The translations under genes and the position numbers were made by a program. Below, piece by piece: positions 33,476 to 43,176 of a stretch of 64,000 nt of DNA; within the stretch, counting starts at the first letter, position 1, and every line of letters starts with the position of its first letter. The stretch is from Candidatus Micrarchaeota archaeon (GTDB lineage Archaea > Micrarchaeota > Micrarchaeia > Micrarchaeales > CABMGC01). The DNA is taken from assembly GCA_028866995.1 (NCBI GenBank), contig JAGWHD010000001.1, positions 337,030 to 401,029 on the forward strand. Reading direction: 5' to 3'. The notes below the pieces were generated by a model. It saw only the letters and a program-made list of their open reading frames with translations. It made no database searches and was not told the DNA's origin.

Positions 33476-35458
33476 ATGCTCCTGCTAGCGCTGCTGGTGC
33501 TGATAAGCTCCGTATTGCTCGGAACCTCGGTAGCTTCAAGGCTCGGTTTCGCCAAGGGCGCGCTCTTCAGGATAGCGGTAGGAATTCCCATTGGGATAGC
33601 GCTCTTCTCAAGCGCGTTGGTTGCCCTGTATTTCGTGTTCGGCTCCATAAGCGCGTACATTGTCCTGGCGTTGGTAGTTGCGTCTTCAATCGTCTCGTAT
33701 GCGCTGTCTGGACGGAATCTCAGACTGTTGCTGCATCCAGGAAATGGCGACGAACCGACAGGGCTGCTTCCAATAATTGCAGCCGTCTTCCTGGTCCTGT
33801 TCGTGTTCTGGTTCACGTCCATGTACCAAGGCGACGGCGCGCTGTTCTGCAGGAGCAATGCCGCATGCTCCGACCTCCTGTACCACGTAGGCATAGGCAA
33901 TTCGCTCCTATATCATGGGCCGATGCCGCCTTATCCGTACAGCATAGGCACCGTGAATGTCTTCCCGTTCGTCTTCGACCTCTACAGCAGCCTCCTGATG
34001 AAGCTGGGTCTTGGAATGGTATACGCAACCATGGTGCCCGACATACTCCTGCTCTTCTCCCTTGCTTACCTTACAGCAACCATCATCCACAAGGTGACAA
34101 GGAGCATCGCCGGAACCGCGGCTGCGATGCTGATGTTCTGGTTCGGGACTAACTATTCAGTGGCATTAGTTTCGTATCTTCTCGCCCCGCACATTGGCAT
34201 ACTTAACCAGCTGCCGCAGCTCTCCAGCGTGCTGGTGCTTAACGGCATGTCGGCTTCCACGAAGATAGGAGCGTTATTGGCGCTGAGCGGCGGATTCGTT
34301 ACGCAGTGGATACCGATATTGAATCCCATACTAATGCCGCAGAGGGACTTCCTTCTCGGCCTGCCGTTGGGCCTCATTGCCCTGTATCTGCTGTTGTGTC
34401 TGCTTTTTGAGAAGCGGAGGCTCTCTGTTGGGGAGCTGCTGCTTTTAGGCTCTATCGTGGGCCTCATGCCGCTGATCCATCCTCCGACCGAGATCGTCAT
34501 CGTATTTGCGATACTTTTCTCGGTTGCGTATCTTGCGGTGAATGGTAGGCTCAGGGAAGAGCTGGGGAGCGCGTGGATTGCTGCTGCTCCTGCTATCGGC
34601 ATTGGGTCCGTTGAGGTTTACTATATGTGCATGCAGCAGCTCCCTCCGGGCTGGTACCATTTCGTCTACCTTTCCAGGATATTCGCTGGGCAGAACCTGC
34701 TGCTCACAGTGGCTAACACAATTGCAGCTAACGTAGCTTTCCTTGTGGAGGCCTTCGGGATTGTCTTCCTGCTTGCCATGGTCTGGCTCTTCATATCAAA
34801 GGACAGGATAGTAAGGCTGTTGTCCATTCCCATTTTCGCGCTGCTTTTCATCTCGCTGGTCTTTTCCTTCCAGCCAGTATGGACAGACAACGGCAGGATT
34901 ACTCTGTACGCCTTCCTGTTCATGGCCGCGTTTGCAGGAGCCCTTGTTGGGAGACTGTGGGAGAATAGGGGCACACTTCCGAGGATTGCCGCCTGCCTGC
35001 TGGTTGTCCTGATAAGCGGCAATTCTATCGTGATATACATAAATTCCACGATAATGTACAACGGCTATTGGCTGCTGACGCAGCAGGAGCTTGCAGCTTC
35101 CGACTTCATAACGAACAACACGCCTGTTGGCTCTGTCTTCTTGGTCAGCAACTACGGCTACCTGCAGAACCAGCCGGTTTCCACTGTGGCAGCAAGGCAG
35201 ACGGTGCTCTCCGAATCGCCCTACGTGGACTTGGAGGTACATTCGCTCAGCATCCCAAAGCTTCTTGAGATACAGGGTGCAGCACTGCATGGCAGCTGCG
35301 TGACGATGAGGCAGTACAACATATCTTACATCTACATAGACTCTGCAAGCCCAAGGGATACTGCGCCTTTCAACAATGGGAATTTCGCCGAGGTCTTCTC
35401 CGCCTTCGACACTTACTTCAACAGGAACATAACTATATTCAAGTCCTTGTGCGGCTGA
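33476..35458 (+). CDS. Large polytopic membrane protein with C-terminal soluble domain (possible GT-C-type glycosyltransferase)
   Basis: 660 aa, 12 or more hydrophobic segments, ~130-aa C-terminal domain. No WWDYG motif seen, so not a typical AglB. Confidence 0.65.
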   Translation: MLLLALLVLISSVLLGTSVASRLGFAKGALFRIAVGIPIGIALFSSALVALYFVFGSISAYIVLALVVASSIVSYALSGRNLRLLLHPGNGDEPTGLLPIIAAVFLVLFVFWFTSMYQGDGALFCRSNAACSDLLYHVGIGNSLLYHGPMPPYPYSIGTVNVFPFVFDLYSSLLMKLGLGMVYATMVPDILLLFSLAYLTATIIHKVTRSIAGTAAAMLMFWFGTNYSVALVSYLLAPHIGILNQLPQLSSVLVLNGMSASTKIGALLALSGGFVTQWIPILNPILMPQRDFLLGLPLGLIALYLLLCLLFEKRRLSVGELLLLGSIVGLMPLIHPPTEIVIVFAILFSVAYLAVNGRLREELGSAWIAAAPAIGIGSVEVYYMCMQQLPPGWYHFVYLSRIFAGQNLLLTVANTIAANVAFLVEAFGIVFLLAMVWLFISKDRIVRLLSIPIFALLFISLVFSFQPVWTDNGRITLYAFLFMAAFAGALVGRLWENRGTLPRIAACLLVVLISGNSIVIYINSTIMYNGYWLLTQQELAASDFITNNTPVGSVFLVSNYGYLQNQPVSTVAARQTVLSESPYVDLEVHSLSIPKLLEIQGAALHGSCVTMRQYNISYIYIDSASPRDTAPFNNGNFAEVFSAFDTYFNRNITIFKSLCG

Positions 35459-35501
35459 TTGGTAATCTATAAATAAACCTTCGCCAACATGCTTCTGTGG
35501 T

Positions 35502-36371
35502 TTGTTGATTCCTGAGATCATAAGGATAGCAATACTTCTGGCAATAGCATTGATCTACGCTATCTTCGACGTCTTCAACAAGCGCGACGTACCCAACCTT
35601 TTCGTGTATGCAACTATCGCCATAGGCGTCATAGTTGCGCTGACATATGACATACGGACTATAGAGCTGAGCGCGCTGATCGCGATAGGCATCGGCTGGT
35701 TCGGCTACCTCCTATACAGGGCCGGCTTCCTAGGCGCAGGAGACGTCTTCGAGTTCATATTCGTGTCGCTGGTATTCCCGATACAGCCGGCTCCTCTCCT
35801 GTCGGGCATCAACCAGCTACAGCTGCCGTTCATATTCTCGGTCCTGATAGCTGCAGGATATGCGGCAACGATCTTCATACCGATATACTACCTGCTTCTC
35901 TCGAAGAGGAAAAAGCCTGATAGCGGCAATTCCCGCATTGGAAAGCACAGGTTCGCAAGGGCCGGCGCACTTCTTGCCGCATATATGGCAATGCTGCTGG
36001 TCCTCCGCATGTTCGCGAATGTCAGTTCCACTGCAGTCTTCCTGGTCCTGCTCATAGCGGTACCCTCTTCGGTGATGCTCCTTTACGAGAGGGAGATATA
36101 CCTTGGCATGGTCTCGTTCATCTATCCTAAGGAGATGGCTGATGGGGACATGATAGCGGTGAACCTCATGAGCCAGAGGGACATAGACCACTTCAAGAGC
36201 AGGGACCGGAAGTTCGGGAGGCTTGCGACTGGGAGCATAATCAAGAGGATAAGGAACGTTAAGAGGAAGCTGCCTGTATACAGGAACTCGGTGCCTTTCG
36301 CGCTCTTCCTGCTGATAGGAGTAATCATCTCGCTGCTTTTCGGCAACCTGGTCCTTTACATAGTAGCCTGA
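35502..36371 (+). CDS. A24-family prepilin/preflagellin peptidase
   Basis: 289 aa polytopic, TTG start. First Asp region YAIFDVFNKRDVPN and second GFLGAGDVFEF (GxGD). Confidence 0.75.
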   Translation: MLIPEIIRIAILLAIALIYAIFDVFNKRDVPNLFVYATIAIGVIVALTYDIRTIELSALIAIGIGWFGYLLYRAGFLGAGDVFEFIFVSLVFPIQPAPLLSGINQLQLPFIFSVLIAAGYAATIFIPIYYLLLSKRKKPDSGNSRIGKHRFARAGALLAAYMAMLLVLRMFANVSSTAVFLVLLIAVPSSVMLLYEREIYLGMVSFIYPKEMADGDMIAVNLMSQRDIDHFKSRDRKFGRLATGSIIKRIRNVKRKLPVYRNSVPFALFLLIGVIISLLFGNLVLYIVA

Positions 36372-37802
36372 TTATTCTCTCTTTGCTTCTCTTGCGGCAC
36401 TCTCCGAACCTGCCAGCCTCGCCTGTTCGTGGATGCCTGTCAGGTCCCCGGATCTTTGGGCCGCAAGGGTGCTCAGCTCATATGCAAGGAACATGGTAGC
36501 GAACGCTTCTGCGAGCTTCAGCCTGGTTATCCCAGTATCGTCTCCGACGCCGTACAGCCCGCTTGCCTTTAGGAGCGCCTTCGGCAGCTCCACTGAAGTG
36601 CCTCCGCCGATTGTTGCAACCTCAAGCACAGGTATTATGAGGCTGAATCTCAGTGAGCCGTCTGCGGTCACCTCGGTGTCGTCCATGGTCTGCGTGGTGC
36701 CGGTTATCTGGGCTATGTCCTGCCCGTAAGCAGTGTACAAAGCTGCAGCTATGTTTGCCACCGCTGAGTTGTTCCCCACGACGCCGCCAAGACTTGCATT
36801 TCTGTAGTTCTTCTTGTAGTTTATATCGTGAAGCTTCGCCGGTGTTGTCTTGAGCCTTGAGACGACCAACTCTTCCGGTATCGTGACACCTATGTTCATT
36901 GATACGCCCCTTCCGAGGAGCATGTTTATCCCAGAAACCTTTTTGTCTGTGCAGAGGTTGCCGCTCTGGGCTATTATGTCAGCGCCCGTTATCCTGGCGT
37001 TTATGCCGAGTTTCTGCGCCTCCAGTCCATAGGCTTCATTCGAAGCCGTAAGTATCCCTATCAGGGCCCTGGTCGCCTCGTTTGCGCCCGTTGTGGTGCC
37101 GTTCATGCCCATTGCCGCCCCAGTTTCAGCCACGTACCTCAGAGTTATGTCTGTGTCCTGCGGAATTACCATTATCTCCTTGAGCTTTGTGTGGCTCTTT
37201 CCTTGTTCGAATGCTGATTTAAGGTATCCGAATCCAGCCTTGCCCCGCACGAACTCGACTATCTTCCTGACGTCGCTCTGGCTGCCAGTACTTAGAGTCA
37301 CGCTTCTTGTCATGCCGTCGCCTGTATGCAGCACCTCGACTGCGCCGCCGTTGGCTGAGGCATTGTTCGCGGCTATAAGCACCGAAAGCCCTCTCTGCGT
37401 GGTCTCCAGCACGCCCTTCTCGGTTGTCACTGTGAACATCGGCCTTCCTTCAGTTATGTCGGTGTAGCCGCCGCTTATCAGCCCAGGAGGCATCTCTATT
37501 ATTCCTATGGGCAAGGATCCTGTTGACCCTATTATTTGTGATGTATTCTTCCTTTCTGCAGCATCGTAGTCCATGACCTTGGCGTTGTCCAGTCTGTTTA
37601 GTATGCTCAAATCTACGCCGTACTTCCTGCTTATGTAGGCCCTCCTTATCTCGGCTGCCAGCTTCTCCCTTATCCCAAGCGCAGATGCGACCTCGCGCAG
37701 CTTGAGCTCGCCGCTTGAGAGCCCGGCTACAGTTGCCTCGAATTCCTTGGTCGGTATTGTTGCCCTTGCGGCCTTGGTAGCTTCTGGCGCCATTGATTTC
37801 AC
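36372..37802 (-). CDS. hmgA: HMG-CoA reductase, class I type, divergent, with ~70-aa N-terminal extension
   Basis: 476 aa. TTEKGVLE (Glu), SGNLCTDKK (Lys loop), YGQDIAQ (Asp), IGGGTS. Collinear with the class I catalytic domain. Confidence 0.85.
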   Translation of the reverse strand: MKSMAPEATKAARATIPTKEFEATVAGLSSGELKLREVASALGIREKLAAEIRRAYISRKYGVDLSILNRLDNAKVMDYDAAERKNTSQIIGSTGSLPIGIIEMPPGLISGGYTDITEGRPMFTVTTEKGVLETTQRGLSVLIAANNASANGGAVEVLHTGDGMTRSVTLSTGSQSDVRKIVEFVRGKAGFGYLKSAFEQGKSHTKLKEIMVIPQDTDITLRYVAETGAAMGMNGTTTGANEATRALIGILTASNEAYGLEAQKLGINARITGADIIAQSGNLCTDKKVSGINMLLGRGVSMNIGVTIPEELVVSRLKTTPAKLHDINYKKNYRNASLGGVVGNNSAVANIAAALYTAYGQDIAQITGTTQTMDDTEVTADGSLRFSLIIPVLEVATIGGGTSVELPKALLKASGLYGVGDDTGITRLKLAEAFATMFLAYELSTLAAQRSGDLTGIHEQARLAGSESAAREAKRE

Positions 37803-37901
37803 AACAAAAAGCTCGTTTTTCAGGTTTTATAAAGGCCCCTATGGCTTCGTCTTTTGACTTATTCTCAGGAACCGGGCGCGCTGACACTTGGATTGCGCCG
37901 G

Positions 37902-38591
37902 CTACACCGCAGGCCTCCTTATGACTTGCTCCTCCTCTGGCTTGTCCAGCTTCAGGTTGTCGATTATCTTAATGCCAACAGTTGATGCGTCCATGTACTT
38001 GTCGTAATCTTCCGGCACCTGCTCCTTGAAGAAGTCGGTCTTCATGCCTCCTGGGTACACACCTATCACGGCTATGCCGTCGCCCTTAACCTCGCTCCTT
38101 ATCGATTCGGTAAACCCTCTGGCGGCGTACTTGCTGGCCGCATATGCCGATGACTTGGCCCTGCCCTGCAATGCGCTTGTCGAAAGGATGTTTATGATGG
38201 TTCCTGATCCCCTCTCTTTCATGTATTTGAGCGCCGCCTTGGTGCCGTAGGCGGTGCCGAAGTAGTTGACCTCAAGCATGTTGTGCGCCCTGTCCCAGTC
38301 TATCTCTTCGAGGTTTGTGTGCGGGATCCTGATGCCTGCATTGTTGACCCAGATATCTATATGGCCGAATCTCTTTACGGTTTGGTCTGCAAGCTCCAGC
38401 ATCTGCTCCTCGCGCCTTACATCAGCCTGCACCGCGTAGCAGTTGAGGCTCCCGGCCAGATCATCGAGCTTCTGCTTGGTTGTTGCGCTTGCCACGACCT
38501 TGCAGCCTTCCTTTGAGAATAGTTCTGCAAGAGCTGCCCCGAGTCCCTTGGTGGCGCCGGTTATTACGACCACCTTGTCTTTGAGATCCAT
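37902..38591 (-). CDS. Short-chain dehydrogenase/reductase
   Basis: 229 aa. VVITGATKGLGAALA, NNAG, YAASKYA. Confidence 0.9.
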   Translation of the reverse strand: MDLKDKVVVITGATKGLGAALAELFSKEGCKVVASATTKQKLDDLAGSLNCYAVQADVRREEQMLELADQTVKRFGHIDIWVNNAGIRIPHTNLEEIDWDRAHNMLEVNYFGTAYGTKAALKYMKERGSGTIINILSTSALQGRAKSSAYAASKYAARGFTESIRSEVKGDGIAVIGVYPGGMKTDFFKEQVPEDYDKYMDASTVGIKIIDNLKLDKPEEEQVIRRPAV

Positions 38592-38609
38592 CAGACCACC
38601 TTATGGCGA

Positions 38610-38684
38610 TGCTCCCATCGGGATTTGAACCCGAGTTGCGGGGTTGAAAGCCCCACGTCCTTGGCCGGACTAGACGATGGGAGC
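38610..38684 (-). tRNA. tRNA-Glu (anticodon TTC)
   Basis: Acceptor GCTCCCA/TGGGAGC, anticodon stem TGGGG/CCCCG, loop CTTTCAA, T-arm TCGGG-TTCAAAT-CCCGA, discriminator A. 75 nt. Confidence 0.9.
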
Positions 38685-38709
38685 GCCATAGAACCGATTG
38701 CATTGCAAG

Positions 38710-38719
38710 ATATATAAAT
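38710..38719. promoter_or_regulatory. Shared A/T box between divergent tRNA-Glu and tmk
   Basis: ATATATAAAT lies 25 nt from the tRNA 5' end (38684) and 21 nt from the tmk ATG (38741). Confidence 0.4.
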
Positions 38720-38740
38720 GCGGGACAGCACTTTACACTC

Positions 38741-39358
38741 ATGAAAGGATTGCTCGTCTGCTTCGAGGGATTGGACGGTTCAGGCAAGAGGACGCAGGCG
38801 GAGATGCTCGAGGAGCGCCTCCAGAAATCAGGCATTGCCACCGCCTTCTATTCATATCCTGATTATTCATCTGTATACGGGAAACGCATAGACGACTTCC
38901 TGAAGAAGAGGGTAGAGATAGGGGTTGAGGAGCTGTCCATGCTATTCCTTGCTGACATGGTCAAGGACTCTGGAAAGATCGTGGCTGACATCGGATCCGG
39001 AAAGATAGTCATCCTTGACAGGTATTTCTTTTCTACCATAGCCTACCAGAGCGCCGGGGGTTCAGACTATGGCAGGATGAAGAGAATAGAGGATGCGGTG
39101 GGGCTGCCGAGGCCCGACATCGTGTTCTACATGAGCATTGACGCGAGAGCATCTTCAGACAGGAAAAGCTTGCAGAAGGGGGAGCTGGACAAGCTCGAAA
39201 GCGACATGCCTTACCTTTCAAAGGTTGCTGGGTTCTATGACAGGATGCTGGATGAGGGATATGGAGCTAGAGAATGGGCAAAAATAGACGCTTCTAAGGA
39301 TAAGGACTCGATTCATGAAAAGATAGCCGCGATGGTCATGAAGGCCATCGGGCATTGA
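38741..39358 (+). CDS. tmk: Thymidylate kinase
   Basis: 205 aa. FEGLDGSGKRTQ P-loop, DRY motif (ILDRYFFSTIAYQ). Confidence 0.9.
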   Translation: MKGLLVCFEGLDGSGKRTQAEMLEERLQKSGIATAFYSYPDYSSVYGKRIDDFLKKRVEIGVEELSMLFLADMVKDSGKIVADIGSGKIVILDRYFFSTIAYQSAGGSDYGRMKRIEDAVGLPRPDIVFYMSIDARASSDRKSLQKGELDKLESDMPYLSKVAGFYDRMLDEGYGAREWAKIDASKDKDSIHEKIAAMVMKAIGH

Positions 39359-39361
39359 GCT

Positions 39362-39640
39362 TTACTTGTATAGGTCCTCCGCTTCCTCCTTCGGTATCTC
39401 CTGGCTTCCTGGAGGCGGGGAGCTCACCAGAACGACGTCTCCTACGTTCTTGACGCTCTTGTACAGTATCGACTTCTTCCTCAATGCGGTCCTTGCGTCT
39501 CCCTTTACGCTCTTCCACGGGACCATGAGCAGCCTGCTTATCTCTCCCTTCTCGAGATCTATTATCACGTCCTGCACCTCTCCCAAATATTGACCGCCAT
39601 CGCTGTAGATGTCCATGCGGTAAATCTCTGAAATCTTCAT
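39362..39640 (-). CDS. PRC-barrel domain protein
   Basis: 92 aa. Y..DG..LG.V.DVIIDLEKGEI..LL pattern. Confidence 0.7.
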   Translation of the reverse strand: MKISEIYRMDIYSDGGQYLGEVQDVIIDLEKGEISRLLMVPWKSVKGDARTALRKKSILYKSVKNVGDVVLVSSPPPGSQEIPKEEAEDLYK

Positions 39641-39705
39641 ACAATCGCCTGAATTATATTAGCTGGTAGAGCATTTATAAATCTTATCGCATAGACCTCG
39701 TCGGT

Positions 39706-40863
39706 TCATGGCTGCATCCAGTCTATCTCGTAGTACTCGTTCCTGCTGTTCGCCAGCCTTATCTGCCTTATCCTGTAGTACGTGACTGCGGTTTCCCTGT
39801 CGGCTATGGCCATAACCAGCTCTAGCCTTCTTCTCTTGGCCTCTGCAATCGCGCCTGCGAACTCCCTGCCGCCTATGTACTCGTCCTCGCTGAGCGAGAG
39901 CATCCCGTACCTTGGAGTCGCTGTCTTGGGATTCTCGGCCTCTCCGCCCCTCCTGTGGAAAAGGACATAGTCTATGCCTACCTTCTGTGCGGGGAGGTTG
40001 CCAGGAACAGCGAGTATGAACGTCTTTCTTACTGAATGCGCGACCCTGATTGCCCTGGCCCATTCCGATATGAGGAGCCTTGATTCCTTTGGGAATACGT
40101 GGATCACGTGCTTCGAGTGTATCCTTTCTGTACTTCCTGCGGTCATCGGCCTTGCCCCTGGGAAGTACACCCTGAAATGGGTGCCGAACTTGAAGCCTGT
40201 CTTGATTACATAGCCTCTGTCCCTCCAGTCCCTGTAGACCTCATACAGCCTGTCGAAGTCCCTTCTCCTTGCCCTGGCCGTCCTCCTTATCGATAGAGGC
40301 GTTGTGCTGAGCGGCCTGAGGATGCGCTTGTCCATCAGGTACAGCGTCTCGAATATGTCGAGCTTGTTGAGCTGCCCCCTGTCCTGGGCCTTGTAGGAGC
40401 CATACTGGCCGAGCCATAGGCTTTCGTACAGCTGTTTGCCTTTATCCTTGTCGCCTATTATGGAGACCATGTCGCTGTTGAAGAACGTGCACGTGAGCTT
40501 GTACTTGGGCAGTTTTATCCTTGATCCTGGATACGACTTCACAGGCGTCTTGTTGGCGGTGCTGCGGACCGGGCCTGGCCGGCGTATGACCAGTCCCCTG
40601 TCCCTCCAGTCCCTATATGTCAGGTACTTGGCCATGAACTTGCCGGATTTCGAGAAGCCTGAAGCAAGCTCATCGAAGGGCATGCTCCTGCCGTTGTGGG
40701 TGCATTCCGCATTCCTGACATCCATCAGGTACAGCGCCTCTTCCGGAGAGAGCCTGAGCGACTTCCCCTCGTCGTCCCCGAAGAAGCCCTTGCCAAGTAT
40801 GTCCTTTGTCGACTGATCAACTGCCGTTATCCTGTTTTTGGAGGCGAAATCTATCTGCAGCAA
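39706..40863 (-). CDS. endA: tRNA-splicing endonuclease, long three-unit form
   Basis: 385 aa. Catalytic unit YRDWRDRGYVIKTGFKFGTHFRVY...HSKHVIHV...SVRK (Y/H/K), preceded by a degenerate copy (EEALYLMD...YRDWRDRGLVIRR) and followed by an extra C-terminal-type domain (YGMLSLSEDEYIGG...AIADRETAVTYYRI). Confidence 0.88.
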   Translation of the reverse strand: MLQIDFASKNRITAVDQSTKDILGKGFFGDDEGKSLRLSPEEALYLMDVRNAECTHNGRSMPFDELASGFSKSGKFMAKYLTYRDWRDRGLVIRRPGPVRSTANKTPVKSYPGSRIKLPKYKLTCTFFNSDMVSIIGDKDKGKQLYESLWLGQYGSYKAQDRGQLNKLDIFETLYLMDKRILRPLSTTPLSIRRTARARRRDFDRLYEVYRDWRDRGYVIKTGFKFGTHFRVYFPGARPMTAGSTERIHSKHVIHVFPKESRLLISEWARAIRVAHSVRKTFILAVPGNLPAQKVGIDYVLFHRRGGEAENPKTATPRYGMLSLSEDEYIGGREFAGAIAEAKRRRLELVMAIADRETAVTYYRIRQIRLANSRNEYYEIDWMQP

Positions 40864-40923
40864 GCAAGCACCAGCTTATCGTAATTGCACATGTTATAAA
40901 TAAATTGTATCTTTAATGTTGTT

Positions 40924-41961
40924 ATGCCCCGGCAGAGCAGTAACGGCTTCATGGGCCTTGAAGGCCTCAGCAAGGTAAAAAGCGGTGCGAAGTACAGGGC
41001 AAGGATCAGGAGGGTTAGGCACGTCGTCTACATCATACTCGGGGTCAGCTTCGCGATCTTCGCGATAATAGCGCTCTTTGCGATAGGCAGCGTGGGACTG
41101 GAGAGGTTCGTCTCGATTCTGGCGTCGGTGAAGCCGCTCTACCTGCTTCTCGCTCTGCTGTCTGTGCTTGCCGGTTATCTGATGAGGTTCCCCAAGTGGC
41201 TGATATACATGAGAAGGTTGGGTGTCCGCGTGCCAGTTGCAAAGGACTTCATAATATACATGTCTATGTACTCGATGGACATCACTCCGGGAAGATGGGG
41301 CAGGGGCATCGTTTCGTACACGATAAACAGGCTCACCGGAATAAGCTTTGTGAGGACGTTCCCGGCAGTCGTCGCTGACATAATAACCGATTCGGCAGGA
41401 TTCTCTATTGTCGCAATAGGCTCGGCGCTGCTCATAGGCAAGTTCGTGGACGTGTCGCTTATATTCGTGGCCCTGCTTGTCGGCCCTCTCGTCTTTCTCG
41501 TGATGAAGGGCCCGTTCTTCTTCATGAAGAGGATGCTGTACCGCTTCAGGGCGCTGCGCAGCTTCCTTGACATGGGGCACATGTATTTCGAGAGCCACAG
41601 CCTTCTGGGTATTGATTCGTACGCCTATTCGATGGCGTTCACCATACCCTCGATGCTCATGAACGGTGTGGCGCTCTATTTTGTCATCGCCGGGTTCGGC
41701 ATAACCCTTCCGGCGAGCGAGCTCGCGCTTGTCGTGTTCATATACTCGTCATCTTTCCTTGTCGGGATGGTCAGCGGCGTTCCTGCTACTCTGGGGATAA
41801 CGGACGGTCTGCTTATAGGCTCGATGACGCTCCTGATGGGTTCGTACATAAGCTTCGGCGTCGCAGCCGCTGTGACGATAGTATACAGGATTGTGACGGT
41901 GTGGTTCGTGCAGCTCTTCAGTTCATTGGCATTGTTCAGGACAATGCGCTATTGGAAATAG
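40924..41961 (+). CDS. Polytopic membrane protein, flippase-like/UPF0104 (LPG-synthase TM-like) family
   Basis: 345 aa, ~8 TM, basic N-terminus. The hydrophobic profile favours this strand over the antisense 40894..41598 ORF. Confidence 0.55.
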   Translation: MPRQSSNGFMGLEGLSKVKSGAKYRARIRRVRHVVYIILGVSFAIFAIIALFAIGSVGLERFVSILASVKPLYLLLALLSVLAGYLMRFPKWLIYMRRLGVRVPVAKDFIIYMSMYSMDITPGRWGRGIVSYTINRLTGISFVRTFPAVVADIITDSAGFSIVAIGSALLIGKFVDVSLIFVALLVGPLVFLVMKGPFFFMKRMLYRFRALRSFLDMGHMYFESHSLLGIDSYAYSMAFTIPSMLMNGVALYFVIAGFGITLPASELALVVFIYSSSFLVGMVSGVPATLGITDGLLIGSMTLLMGSYISFGVAAAVTIVYRIVTVWFVQLFSSLALFRTMRYWK

Positions 41962-41970
41962 GGCGCATGC

Positions 41971-42744
41971 CTAGTCGGGATTCTTGAACTTTGACATTGC
42001 CTCCTCTTCGGCGAAGTTCGGTTTTGAGGGCAAGATCATCACGAGCATCTTGCCTTCGAATGCGCTAACCAATGATTGCGCCGTTGCGAATGCGGTAAGT
42101 GCTATCTTCTGGTCATGCTTTCCCACGTTCCCCATTATCATGATGCTGGTGCCGTCTTGGAATATTGCTTTGCCGGAGTTGCCCTGGGCGCTCCTTATTA
42201 TTTCCAGGGCCTCGGATAGCTTCATCGGTGCCCTCTCTTTTTGGTTTATGTCCATAAGCAGCATTGTGTGAAGGTTGTTGGATAGGTTCCTCTCGGCAAC
42301 GTCCAGGAACGACGTAGGCCTGTACTTCTCGCTCCAGTACGGTATAGTCACTGGCGGCCCGAACCTGTAGACGTCAAGGCAGCTTTCGCCTATCGCGGCG
42401 GATAGTATGGACGACGAATGGAAGACCTTTGCCTCTATGTTCTGCTTTTCTGCCTCGTCTAGGATTATGTGGTGTGTCGTGGCGACGAGCGGATCCCCAT
42501 AGACAAGTATAGCCACGCTGGCGTGAGCAGCGGACCTGACAGTCTCCTTTACCCTGTCCTCGAAATCCTGCCTCTGCAGCGTCTCTATGCTCTTCCCTGT
42601 GGAAGCAGATATCTCTGCAATCGCGCCGTCGTCAGACACCGCGGTGTATCTTTCGGCGTATACCTTATCGCATCCTTTTATGAAATCGATGGCCCTGACC
42701 GATATGTCGCCCTTCCCGAGGCCCATGCCTATCAAAGCCAGCAT
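41971..42744 (-). CDS. dph5: Diphthine synthase
   Basis: 257 aa. MLALIGMGLGKGDISVRA...AERYT, GDPL.ATTH. Confidence 0.92.
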   Translation of the reverse strand: MLALIGMGLGKGDISVRAIDFIKGCDKVYAERYTAVSDDGAIAEISASTGKSIETLQRQDFEDRVKETVRSAAHASVAILVYGDPLVATTHHIILDEAEKQNIEAKVFHSSSILSAAIGESCLDVYRFGPPVTIPYWSEKYRPTSFLDVAERNLSNNLHTMLLMDINQKERAPMKLSEALEIIRSAQGNSGKAIFQDGTSIMIMGNVGKHDQKIALTAFATAQSLVSAFEGKMLVMILPSKPNFAEEEAMSKFKNPD

Positions 42745-42750
42745 GCCGGT

Positions 42751-43137
42751 TCACCTTGATATGGACCTGAATGCCAGAATCCTCTCTTCAACTGCGGCTA
42801 CGATGCCGTTTCCGCCATTGCCGCGAGCGCGAAGCCTGCTGGCGATGCTGTCGGCCTCTTCTGCGTGCTGCCTCTCTCCAGCATCTGCAAACTCTGCGCT
42901 CAGCGCTACAGCAGCCTTGACTATCTTGTCCCTTGTTGCCTCTTCGAGCTTCTTCTCCCCCCATTCGGTCAGTCCGAGGCCGCTGCCGTCCTTTATCTGC
43001 TTCTTCAGCCTGGACCCTATCTCTGCTGTTGTTGATCTCCTGTAGAATTCGATCCTTTCGCAGTAGCCGTCCGGATACCTTTCCCTGCATGCTTCTTTTG
43101 GCGGGTACTGAGGCCCCGTCCTCTGCCCGAATCCCAT
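42751..43137 (-). CDS. Hypothetical protein
   Basis: 128 aa ORF between dph5 and radA, chosen over the overlapping 42788..43153 frame on composition. No motif recognised. Confidence 0.4.
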   Translation of the reverse strand: MGFGQRTGPQYPPKEACRERYPDGYCERIEFYRRSTTAEIGSRLKKQIKDGSGLGLTEWGEKKLEEATRDKIVKAAVALSAEFADAGERQHAEEADSIASRLRARGNGGNGIVAAVEERILAFRSISR

Positions 43138-43176
43138 GAATGAATAGGTCCATGGATGATATATAAAGATGCGGAT

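Noticed and set aside
36372-37802. HMG-CoA reductase has AAMGMN instead of the conserved DAMGMN, and a divergent C-terminal His region. Considered as an inactive paralog.
   Set aside because: The residues I can align to the catalytic Glu (TTEKG), the Lys loop (CTDKK) and the catalytic Asp (GQD) are all present. The D-to-A change is at a conserved but, as far as I recall, non-catalytic position. There is not enough evidence for loss of function.
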